Notes: a model not told the origin generated them from the letters alone. Positions 1 to 8,409 are shown, counted from the first letter of the stretch. The stretch is 27,641 nt of DNA from a virus (IMGVR_UViG_3300037484_000607:1-27641); one strand, 5' to 3'. A program made the numbers and translations.

Positions 1-46
1 TGCTCCCTTTTTCTCTCGCGGGACCCAGGATCGGGGGCTGGTCAAG

Positions 47-613
47 GTGACGCGCGTAGCTGTCAGTGATCAGATCGCTGATCGGGTGCGTGACCTGCGC
101 AATCGTGCCGGGCTGACGCGCGAGCAAGTCGCAGAGGCTGCCCGGGAGGCAGGCGCGGCCGAGGACTTCACCCACCACGTCCTCGGATTCCTCGAGAACG
201 GCCGCCCCAAGGACGGGGTGCGGACCCGCCTGTTCGCCCTCGACGAGGTGTTCGCCCTCGCTGCCGCCCTCGAGGTGTCGCCGCTCGAGCTGCTCGGCGA
301 CTCCGCGCAGATGTTCGTCGGCGACACGCACACTGTGGCCGTCGAGTGCCCGCGGTGCGCGGCCGGCATGGGCGGCATGGAGAAGGTGGCCCGCGAGGAT
401 CTCGGCCGGCTGGGTGACCTGTCGCCGCTGGAGACCACACTCGTCGAGGCCGCGTACCGGCTGGCCGCGGCGATCGACACGGGCGAGGAACCGCGGGTGC
501 TGCCGGCGCTGACCAAGGAGCTCCGGGCCACCGTGCAGGAGTTGTCCGCCGGCCGTCGCCGCGAACCGTCGGCGCCGGAGGACGACTTCAGCGACCTCGA
601 TGACCCCGAGTGA
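47..613 (+). CDS. XRE-type HTH protein fused to a probable terminase small subunit domain
   Basis: N-terminal HTH (VRDLRNRAGLTREQVAE...LAAALEVSPLELL), a CPRC motif, then a helical C-terminus (LAAAIDTG...LPALTKELRATVQEL) with an acidic tail, resembling actinophage TerS. Overlaps the TerL start by 14 nt. Confidence 0.6.
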   Translation: MTRVAVSDQIADRVRDLRNRAGLTREQVAEAAREAGAAEDFTHHVLGFLENGRPKDGVRTRLFALDEVFALAAALEVSPLELLGDSAQMFVGDTHTVAVECPRCAAGMGGMEKVAREDLGRLGDLSPLETTLVEAAYRLAAAIDTGEEPRVLPALTKELRATVQELSAGRRREPSAPEDDFSDLDDPE

Positions 614-2231
614 CCAGCGGCTGCTCTACGAGCACTACGGCCTGACGTGCCCGCCGCGGTGGGGCACGATGCGGGACTTCAGCCGGCAGACGTACGGCGG
701 GAAGGTCGCGAAGATCGCGGCGTCGCTGGGTACGCCGCTGATGCCGTGGCAGCGGTACGTCGCCGACGTCGCCCTCGAGGTGGACCCGGAGACGGGCCTG
801 TTCGTCTACCGGATCGTCGACGTCACCGTCCCGCGGCAGTCCGGGAAGACGTCGCTGATCTTGGGTGTGGCGGTGTGGCGGGCGTTGCGCCGGCCGAGGC
901 AGCGGATCGTCTACGGCGCGCAGACCGGTGTGGCGGCGCTGGAGAAGTGGGAAGACGAGCACCTGCCGATGTTGGAGTCGTCGGCGGCGATGAAGGGCAA
1001 GTTCCGGGTCCGTAAGGGTGCGGCCCGGCAGGGGTTCCTGTACAGCAACGGCAGCATTCACGGGCTGCTGGCGAACACCGAGATGTCCGGCCACGGCAAG
1101 GTTTTGGACGCGGCGTTCCTGGATGAGTACTTCGCCCAGGTCGATCACCGTTCGGACCAGGCGGTGGGCCCGGCGATGATCACCCGCAACGATGCGCAGA
1201 AGTGGCGCCTGTCCACGGCGGGCACGAGCACCTCGGTGCCGTTCAACGCGATGCGCAAGGCCGGCCGGGAGCGCATCGAGGCCGGCGCGCTGTCGATGAC
1301 GGCGTTTTTCGACTGGACCGCCGAGGCCGGCCAGGCGCGCGACGATCCGGCGACGTGGCGCGAGTGCATGCCGGCGTACTGCCCAACCCCGGTCCGCGGG
1401 GTGTGTAAGTGCTCGAAGGAGTGGCGGCACACGACCAGCGAGCGGGCGATCCGCGGTGAGCTGGAAACGTACGCCGAGCAGCTCGAAGAGTTCGACCGGG
1501 CGTACCTGAACATCGGTCGCGACGACGGTGAGCTCGACCGGGACCCGAACGTGCCGTCGGTCGCGGAGTGGGCGCTGCTGGCCGACCCGACCGTCCTCGG
1601 CGGCGACCTGGTGGTCCTGTCGGTGGACATCACCCCGCGGCGCGACTACGCGACGATCGCCGCGGTCGGGGACACCGCCCTGGGGTTGCCCCGGGTGCGG
1701 ATTCTGGACCACGGCGAGGGCACCGAGTGGCTGCTCGCCCGGATTCTGCAGCTGAACGAGAAGTACAAGCCGCTGTGCTGGGTCCTCGACGACAAGTCCG
1801 GGGCCGGCACGCTGGTGCTGCCGATGGAGCGCCGGAACATTCTGCGGATGCCGCCGGAGTCCGAGGACCGGGACCCGCGCAAGGGGCCGCAGCGCGGCCA
1901 GCTGTGGATCCCGACGGTCGGGCAGTACGGCGCGGCGTGCGGCACGTTCACCGACACGGTCCGGCAGGGCGCCCTGGTGCACGCCGGCCAGGAAGACATG
2001 ACCGTCGCGATCGACGGTGCGAAGACCCGGCCGCTCGGTGATGGCCTGTGGGGTTGGGGCCGCAAGATCGGCTCCGCTGACATCAGTCCGTTGGTCGCCG
2101 CGACTCTGGGCCTGGCCGGTTTGGACCGGTGGCGGCACCTCGACCAGAAGCGCCTGACGGCGGCCGCCGTCAACACGACCGTCCCGTCCGGCGCCGGAAT
2201 GTTCCGACCAGCCGGCCGACTCAGCCTGTAA
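600..2231 (+). CDS. terL: Terminase large subunit
   Basis: LMPWQ adenine-binding motif, Walker A VPRQSGKT, Walker B AAFLDE, coupling motif LSTAG, nuclease-domain acidic motifs (SVDIT, DISPLVAATL). Lies upstream of the portal. Confidence 0.93.
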   Translation: MTPSDQRLLYEHYGLTCPPRWGTMRDFSRQTYGGKVAKIAASLGTPLMPWQRYVADVALEVDPETGLFVYRIVDVTVPRQSGKTSLILGVAVWRALRRPRQRIVYGAQTGVAALEKWEDEHLPMLESSAAMKGKFRVRKGAARQGFLYSNGSIHGLLANTEMSGHGKVLDAAFLDEYFAQVDHRSDQAVGPAMITRNDAQKWRLSTAGTSTSVPFNAMRKAGRERIEAGALSMTAFFDWTAEAGQARDDPATWRECMPAYCPTPVRGVCKCSKEWRHTTSERAIRGELETYAEQLEEFDRAYLNIGRDDGELDRDPNVPSVAEWALLADPTVLGGDLVVLSVDITPRRDYATIAAVGDTALGLPRVRILDHGEGTEWLLARILQLNEKYKPLCWVLDDKSGAGTLVLPMERRNILRMPPESEDRDPRKGPQRGQLWIPTVGQYGAACGTFTDTVRQGALVHAGQEDMTVAIDGAKTRPLGDGLWGWGRKIGSADISPLVAATLGLAGLDRWRHLDQKRLTAAAVNTTVPSGAGMFRPAGRLSL

Positions 2232-2243
2232 GGAGCACCGACC

Positions 2244-2522
2244 GTGACCGCACCGACCGTGGGCCGCGTCGTCCACTACGTCAGCTACGGCACGCCGGGC
2301 GGCGAGTACGCCTCGCAGTGCCGGGCGGCCATCATCACCGAGGTGGTGCCGCTCGAAGGCGAGGAGGCGGCGCTCGCTGAGGTGGAGAGCTGGGATGAGG
2401 ACCAGCGCTGCCGCGTCGGCCTGGCCGTCATGAACCCCACTGGGATGTTCTTCAACCAGGGCGTGCACCAGGACGAGCACAACAAGCGGGGCGGCTCTTG
2501 GCACTGGCCGGAGCGGTCATGA
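2244..2522 (+). CDS. Conserved hypothetical phage protein (PTVGRVVHY...WHWPER type)
   Basis: AGGAG RBS before GTG, GC3-rich codons, ATGA overlap with the next gene. Confidence 0.75.
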   Translation: MTAPTVGRVVHYVSYGTPGGEYASQCRAAIITEVVPLEGEEAALAEVESWDEDQRCRVGLAVMNPTGMFFNQGVHQDEHNKRGGSWHWPERS

Positions 2523-2794
2523 CCGAGATCCGTATCCCGGTGCCCCGGCCGCCGCGAGGGCTCGGCGCGAACCTGGTCGGCCTGGTCGGCCTGGTCTGGG
2601 TCGCGCTGGCGGTCGGCGGGCTGACCGGCAACTGGTGGTGGTCGCTGCTCATCGGTGGCGTCTTCGCCGTGGGCCTGTCGTACATCGCGCAGACGCACGC
2701 CGCTGCCGCCGAGTCGGACGTCGCCGTGCCGGTCGCGGCAGCGGCGCGCACGCAGCCTGCGGTTCGCGCGGTGCCCACCCCGGTGAGCGCGTGA
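2519..2794 (+). CDS. Small two-helix membrane protein preceding the portal
   Basis: ATG at 2519 overlaps the upstream TGA (ATGA), preferred over the track's 2498 start. Two hydrophobic segments (LVGLVGLVWVALAVGGL; WWWSLLIGGVFAVGLSYI). Confidence 0.75.
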   Translation: MTEIRIPVPRPPRGLGANLVGLVGLVWVALAVGGLTGNWWWSLLIGGVFAVGLSYIAQTHAAAAESDVAVPVAAAARTQPAVRAVPTPVSA

Positions 2795-2798
2795 CCGG

Positions 2799-5198
2799 AT
2801 GAGGCCGCTGCTCGTACCCGCGCGTCGCCCGGTCCGTGTGGCCGAGGCGATCATCGACCAGGTCGCCGCGACCGGCGGCGGGCTGGGCGCGTGGGGCCGG
2901 GACCCGATCGACGGCGACGTCGGTTTCAAGCGGGCCGGATCCGGCAACCGCGAGGTGCCGTACTGGACCCGGGAACGGGCCCGGGACTACTCCGTCACCG
3001 CGTACCGCAGCAACCCGATGGCCACGGCCATCATCGACACCTACACCGCGTTCTGCGTCGGGGACTCCGGGGTGTCCTGGCAGGCCACGAACCCGCAGGT
3101 CGGCGAGATCGTCCGCGAGTTCTGGGAAGACCCGGCGAACCGGGTCGGTGAGATCCAGGAAATCGAGCTGCGCTCGCAGCTCCTGCTCGGCGAGAAGCTC
3201 CAAGAGCTGATGGTCGCCGAGCACTCCGGGGTGGTCCGGTTCTGTCCGATCGACCCGGCGCACATCAAGGACATCACCAGCCGGGCCGGGAACCCGCTCT
3301 GGCCCGGCCAGGTACGCCTGCCGCCAGGTCCCGAGTCCGAGAACGACCGGCTCTGGGACATCGTGCACGTCGACGACGCGACCGGCCTGCGGAACGGCCG
3401 GGCGATGTTCTGGGCGCCCTGGCGGACCCTGGACACAGACACCAGGGGTATGCCGTTCCTGACGAGCATCCTGGACTGGCTGGACTCGTACGACACCGTG
3501 CTCAGCAACTTGATCGACCGGACCGCCCTGGCCCGGTACATGGTGTGGGACGTCACCGTGAAGGGCGGACAGCCCGAGGTCAACGCGTTCGTCGACGCCC
3601 GTGGCGGGACCCACGTGCCACCGTCCGGGTCGGTCGAGGTCCACAACGACTCGGTCACCTGGGAGCCGAAGACCGTCTCCACCGGGGCGATGGAGGACGC
3701 AGCGGCGAACCAGTCGGTCCTGACCATGGTGGCCTCCGGAACCGGCCTCGCCAAAACGTGGCTCGCCGAGCCGGAGGGCGCCAACCGGGCCACGTCGCTG
3801 ACGATGGCCGAGCCGGTACGCCGCCGGGTCGGCTCCCTGCAGAAAGTCTGGCTCGCCCAGCAGGCCGAGCGGGTGCGGTTCGTCGTCGACCGGGCGGTCG
3901 CCGCTAAGCGGCTGCCCGCGATGGTCGACGCGACAGACCCGCGCACCGGAGAGACCACGCAGATCCGGGCGTCGCAGGCCGTCACCATCACCGGCCCGGA
4001 GATCGCCGCGTCGGACTCGCAGCTGACCGCGCAGGTGCTGCTGAACCTCAGCACCGGTCTGGAGAAGCTGCAGCAGATCGGCGCCCTGTCGCCGGAGGCG
4101 GCGAAGACCGCCGCGCGTAAGGCGTGGGAGGACTACGTCGGCGTCCCGTACACCGCCGAGTTGGACAGCTCCGAGGCGAACCCCGACGACGTGGCCGAGG
4201 TGGTCGAGTCTGCTCGCCGGACCCGGGAGCGCCACCGCGCCGGCGGCCCCCGTGACTACGTCCGTGACGGTGACGGCCAGTTCGCGGCCACTCCCGGCTT
4301 CAGCCCGTTCCCGGCCGCTGCCGCCGCGGCGCCGACTTCGGCACCAATGGTCGCACCTGCGGTCAGCCCGGCCGCCGACCCGCTGAAGCTGGCCGGCCGC
4401 ATCAAGCTGGCCCCCGGTGAGACCTTCGGTGGTTCCGCCCGCGTTCATGACCGGGCCGGTGACGCCACGGTGGTGCTGGCCCGGATCGACGGACCCGGCG
4501 GTCCACGGCTGCGCCTCGGCGTGGTCAACCCCGACGACACGAAGACGTGGCAGGCAGGGAACAAGGGCCGCACCGTCGAGCTCGACCCGGCCGCCGCCGG
4601 CCAGCTCCGCGACCTGCTCGGCCAGGCGCTGACAGACGGGAAGAAGAACGTCGCGGACTTCCGGGCCGAGCTGCGTCAGGCCAACAAGGAAGACCGGTCG
4701 CCCGGCCTGTGGCCGGCCCCGGAGGCCGACATCGGCTCCGGTGTCATCGGTGCTGGGTGGGGTGCCATCAACTGGCGGCTCAGCCGCGAAGAGGGCGACG
4801 ACTACTCAGCCGGCGGCGCTGACCTCGGTCCGGGCGGGAAGTGGTCGCTGGCGCTCGACCCGGCACCTACGGGCGCCGACGCCAGCCGGGAGCCGTTCTA
4901 CGCCGAGGACGCGGCGACGATCAACCAGCTCGCCAAGGCGCTGACCAACCTGATGGGGCCGGCTGTTGCACAGGAGTCGCAGGCCGGCGACGGCGGACAG
5001 CTGAAGGACTACTGGACCAAGGGTGAGGGCCTGGCGAGGTGGGCGACGAGCCCGCACCCGTGGACGGCCCTGCGGAATCACCTGGCCGAGCACATGCCCA
5101 CCGACCGCGCCGACCAGGTGGCGTCGCAGTGGTTCCACGACGTCTTCGGGATGTGGCCCGGCGAGCGTAAGGGCGACAACCCGGTCGGTCCGGGCTGA
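2799..5198 (+). CDS. Portal protein with about 330 aa of extra C-terminal domains
   Basis: Follows TerL. The first ~470 aa are portal-like (YRSNPMATAIIDTYTAFCVG, DTRGMPFL, WLAEPEGANRATSLTM). A low-complexity linker and two further globular-looking segments follow. Confidence 0.8.
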   Translation: MRPLLVPARRPVRVAEAIIDQVAATGGGLGAWGRDPIDGDVGFKRAGSGNREVPYWTRERARDYSVTAYRSNPMATAIIDTYTAFCVGDSGVSWQATNPQVGEIVREFWEDPANRVGEIQEIELRSQLLLGEKLQELMVAEHSGVVRFCPIDPAHIKDITSRAGNPLWPGQVRLPPGPESENDRLWDIVHVDDATGLRNGRAMFWAPWRTLDTDTRGMPFLTSILDWLDSYDTVLSNLIDRTALARYMVWDVTVKGGQPEVNAFVDARGGTHVPPSGSVEVHNDSVTWEPKTVSTGAMEDAAANQSVLTMVASGTGLAKTWLAEPEGANRATSLTMAEPVRRRVGSLQKVWLAQQAERVRFVVDRAVAAKRLPAMVDATDPRTGETTQIRASQAVTITGPEIAASDSQLTAQVLLNLSTGLEKLQQIGALSPEAAKTAARKAWEDYVGVPYTAELDSSEANPDDVAEVVESARRTRERHRAGGPRDYVRDGDGQFAATPGFSPFPAAAAAAPTSAPMVAPAVSPAADPLKLAGRIKLAPGETFGGSARVHDRAGDATVVLARIDGPGGPRLRLGVVNPDDTKTWQAGNKGRTVELDPAAAGQLRDLLGQALTDGKKNVADFRAELRQANKEDRSPGLWPAPEADIGSGVIGAGWGAINWRLSREEGDDYSAGGADLGPGGKWSLALDPAPTGADASREPFYAEDAATINQLAKALTNLMGPAVAQESQAGDGGQLKDYWTKGEGLARWATSPHPWTALRNHLAEHMPTDRADQVASQWFHDVFGMWPGERKGDNPVGPG

Positions 5199-5209
5199 GA
5201 GAGGTAGAG

Positions 5210-5536
5210 ATGGACGAGATCGAGCGGGTGGCGTGCGTCGCGCGCCAGCTGGGCATGAAGGCCAGCGAGGTGCTGGAGGTCGTGCAGGTCGACGGCGGCG
5301 AGCTGGCCGGCGGCGGCCAGCTGGTCCGCACCCACGACGGGCAGTGGACCCTGATCCGCGACGACGGCACCTGCACGCTGACCGCAGCCCCCGAAGTGAC
5401 CCTGGTCCGCGACAGCGGGGTCGCCGAGCTGGCCACCGGCGGCATCGTGAAGGACCCGGTGTACCTCGTCGGCGAGACGGGGCCTGAATCGATCGAGGCC
5501 CCGAAGCCCGCGCCGAAGCGCCGGGGGCGGGCATGA
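5210..5536 (+). CDS. Hypothetical protein with ATGG...VGETGPE motif
   Basis: GAGAGG RBS, ATGA overlap with the downstream gene, phage-like codon use. Confidence 0.7.
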   Translation: MDEIERVACVARQLGMKASEVLEVVQVDGGELAGGGQLVRTHDGQWTLIRDDGTCTLTAAPEVTLVRDSGVAELATGGIVKDPVYLVGETGPESIEAPKPAPKRRGRA

Positions 5537-8367
5537 CCTGGCTTGACGATGCGGCCGAGCTGGTCCGCGAGGCCGCCCCGGAGCACGCCGAGGAGATCCT
5601 CGCGTCGCTGACTGAAGCGATCGCCGACGTCGACCTGGACGACGATGCGGTGGACGATGCGGTGTCCGCCGCGCTGGAGTCGTGGCTCGACATTGAGCCG
5701 GAGGACACCGCCGAGGCGTTCGACCCGTCCGCGCACCCGCGCGCCGCAGCCGGAGCCGCGGGTGGCGGCCAGTTCGCCGCCGGTGGTGGCGGTGGGGCTG
5801 CGGCGAGCAAGGCCCCGCCCGGCAAGGCCGCGAGCCGGCGCAAGGCCGGGGAGACCCTGTCGTTCGATGCGAAGTCGAACCGCGGTGCCGGGTACGGCCG
5901 CAAGGGCGGTGACCCGCGGGTCCGGAAGCTGCAAAAGGCCCTGACCAAGCTCGGGCTGACCGACGCCGCCGGGCGGAAGCTCGTCGTTGACGGCAAGCTC
6001 GGCCCGAAGACCACCGCGGCGATCAAGGCCGCCCAGAAGCGGCTCGGTGTCCCCGCGGACGGCAAGGTGACCCCAGCGCTGCTGGTGAAGCTGACCGCTG
6101 CGAAGTCGCTCGGTGCGAAGTCCGGCGCGAAGTCTGCGAAGCCGGCTGCGAAGAAGGCCGCCCAGTCCGCGAGGTCCGGCATGGGCTCGGCGCCGAAGAA
6201 GGCGATGGGCTCGGCGCCCAGTAAGCGGCCCGCGTCCAACCCGACCGGCCGGGCCGCCCCGGCGGCATCACGGGCCCGGATGGGCCAGTCGCGCGCCAAG
6301 GAGGCCGACATGACCGACGTCCAGCCCGAGGGCACCACGGAGAGCCCCGACCGGATCGGCGGCCGGGTCCTCGAGGCCAAGGGCGTCGACGACGCTGGCG
6401 GCCGGATCTTCCGTGTGCAGATCATCGAGGCCGGGGAGTCCAAGAACCGGCGCAGCTACCCGGCCGCCGTGCTGGCCAAGGCGACCCGCCTGTACGAGGG
6501 CGCGAAGGCGTACGACCACCACCGGACCCCGGGCGAGTTGGCCACGTCCACGATCGCCGGGCTCGTCGGCTCCTACCGCAACGTCGAAGCCAGCGACGTC
6601 GGCCTCGAAGGAGACCTGCACCTGCTGCCGTCTGCGACGCACACCGCCGAGGCCCTCGATGCATCCCTGGCCGCGCAAGGCCAGGGACTGCCGCCGCTGG
6701 TCGGCATCAGCCACGACGCAATGACCTACACCCGCCCGATCACGGTCGGCGGACGCCGCCTGCAGGAGGCCGTGTCCATCACCAAAGTCAACTCCGCTGA
6801 CGTGGTCGCCGACCCCGCCGCCGGAGGTAAGGCCACCCGCGTCCTCGCGGGCGGCATTGAAGAAGAGACCGACCCCGAGGGCGACGAGCCCGACGGACAG
6901 AGCACCCAGGAGGAAGACGTGCCTCTCACGTCAGAGACTGTGCTCGCCGCGCTTCAGACCGCAACGCCCGAGCAGCTCGCCGCGGTCGGTCTGAGCAAGG
7001 CAAGCGAAACCACCGAGATGCCGCCGGAGGCGACCGCGACGACCGAGGCCGTGACGGGCATCGACAAGGCGTCGTTCCTTGGCGGCCTGATGATCGAGCG
7101 GAAGGTGGAGTCCGCCGGCCTGCCCGCGACGATTGCCGCGCAGCTCGCCACGACGATGCCGGACCGGATCACCGAGTCCGACGTCGACGCGCAGATCGCC
7201 GCCCTGAAGTCCATCATGGGTGTCGCCGAGCGCGGCGGCCTGGCGCCGACCGTCACCGCCGTGGTGACCCAGGAGTCGCTGGACAAGAAGAAGGCGGCGC
7301 TGGACGGCTTCTTCGCCGGCGACTACTCCGGCTACCGTTCCTTCCGGCAGGCGTACCTCGACATCACCGGCCGCCGGGCGGCAGCCTGGGATGAGAACCT
7401 CAACAAGCAGATCATGCGCGAGAGCGCCGGGTCGTACTACGACTCCGGCGACCGGACCACGGAGTCGATGACCACCACGTCGTGGGACGTCATCCTGGGC
7501 GACTCGATTACCCGGCGCATGGTGGCCATGTACGACCAGCCGTCCCTGCAGAACTGGCGGCAGGTCGTCTCGTCGGTCGTGCCAGTCAACGACTTCCGCA
7601 CCCAGCGCATCGACCGGCTCGGCGGGTACGGCGTGCTGCCGGCGGTCAACCAGGGCGCCCCGTACCAGCCGCTGACATCGCCGACCGACGAAGAGGTCAC
7701 GTACGCGATGACCAAGCGCGGCGGCACCGAGGACCTGACGCTGGAGATGGTCGCCAACGACGACGTCCGGGCGATCGGGAACATCCCGAAGCGCCTCGGC
7801 CTCGCCGCGGCCCGCACGCTGCACAACTTCGTGTGGGACTTCTTCTCCACCAACCCGACGATCTACGACTCGCTGGCGCTGTTCCACGCCACGCACACCA
7901 ACACCACCGCGGTGGCGCTGGCGCAGTCGGCGGTGTCGACGTTGCGCCGGCTGATGCGTAGCCAGACCGGCTACGGCGACACCAGCAACATCCTGTCGCT
8001 GACGCCGAAGTTCCTGGTCGTGCCGAACGAGCTGGAGGAGCTGGCCTTCCAGATCTGTACCAGCGCGGTCGCGATCCCGTCCACCCCGGCCGGCCCGACC
8101 GACACCCCGAACATCCACCAGGGCCTGCAGCACATCGTCGTCGACTACTTCACCGACGCCGACGACTGGTTCATGGTCGCGGACCCGAACCAGTGCCCGA
8201 CGATCGAGATCGGGTTCTACCAGGGCCGTCAGGAGCCGGAGCTGTTCACGCAGTCGGACCAGACCCAGGGCTCGATGTTCAACTCGGACAAGCTCACCTG
8301 GAAGATCCGCCACATCTACTCCGGCGCGGCCCTGGAGTTCCGCGGCCTGCAGCGCGGCACCCAGTGA
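5533..8367 (+). CDS. Head polyprotein: PG-binding domain + prohead protease + scaffold + Mu-gpT-like major capsid protein
   Basis: PG_binding_1-like motif (VRKLQKAL...VDGKLGPKTTAAIKAAQKRLGVPADG). Protease motifs SKNRRSYP, DHH, GISHDA, DVVADPAAGG. The last ~300 aa have HK97/gpT-type features (LSLTPKFLVVPNELEELA, WFMVADP, LTWKIRH). Confidence 0.85.
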   Translation: MTWLDDAAELVREAAPEHAEEILASLTEAIADVDLDDDAVDDAVSAALESWLDIEPEDTAEAFDPSAHPRAAAGAAGGGQFAAGGGGGAAASKAPPGKAASRRKAGETLSFDAKSNRGAGYGRKGGDPRVRKLQKALTKLGLTDAAGRKLVVDGKLGPKTTAAIKAAQKRLGVPADGKVTPALLVKLTAAKSLGAKSGAKSAKPAAKKAAQSARSGMGSAPKKAMGSAPSKRPASNPTGRAAPAASRARMGQSRAKEADMTDVQPEGTTESPDRIGGRVLEAKGVDDAGGRIFRVQIIEAGESKNRRSYPAAVLAKATRLYEGAKAYDHHRTPGELATSTIAGLVGSYRNVEASDVGLEGDLHLLPSATHTAEALDASLAAQGQGLPPLVGISHDAMTYTRPITVGGRRLQEAVSITKVNSADVVADPAAGGKATRVLAGGIEEETDPEGDEPDGQSTQEEDVPLTSETVLAALQTATPEQLAAVGLSKASETTEMPPEATATTEAVTGIDKASFLGGLMIERKVESAGLPATIAAQLATTMPDRITESDVDAQIAALKSIMGVAERGGLAPTVTAVVTQESLDKKKAALDGFFAGDYSGYRSFRQAYLDITGRRAAAWDENLNKQIMRESAGSYYDSGDRTTESMTTTSWDVILGDSITRRMVAMYDQPSLQNWRQVVSSVVPVNDFRTQRIDRLGGYGVLPAVNQGAPYQPLTSPTDEEVTYAMTKRGGTEDLTLEMVANDDVRAIGNIPKRLGLAAARTLHNFVWDFFSTNPTIYDSLALFHATHTNTTAVALAQSAVSTLRRLMRSQTGYGDTSNILSLTPKFLVVPNELEELAFQICTSAVAIPSTPAGPTDTPNIHQGLQHIVVDYFTDADDWFMVADPNQCPTIEIGFYQGRQEPELFTQSDQTQGSMFNSDKLTWKIRHIYSGAALEFRGLQRGTQ

Positions 8368-8370
8368 TCC

Positions 8371-8404
8371 GGGCCCGCCGGGCCCGGCTGGGCCCGGCGG
8401 GTCT
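8371..8404 (+). terminator. GC-rich stem-loop right after the capsid stop (terminator, attenuator or mRNA stabiliser)
   Basis: 12 consecutive G-C pairs (8374-8385 with 8390-8401), GGCT loop, extended by G-U/G-C pairs. No U-tract. Confidence 0.55.
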
Positions 8405-8409
8405 AGTCC
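8400..8409. repeat. Left target-site duplication GGTCTAGTCC
   Basis: Identical to 9925-9934. Confidence 0.9.

Noticed and set aside
1-46. Pyrimidine tract (CCCTTTTTCTCTC) upstream of the terS candidate as a cos/pac-proximal signal or genome end
   Set aside because: The position is suggestive, but it cannot be assessed without upstream sequence or read-end data.
6181-6218. Direct repeat ATGGGCTCGGCGCC twice (24-nt period)
   Set aside because: A coding micro-duplication (MGSAP) in a low-complexity linker, not an array.
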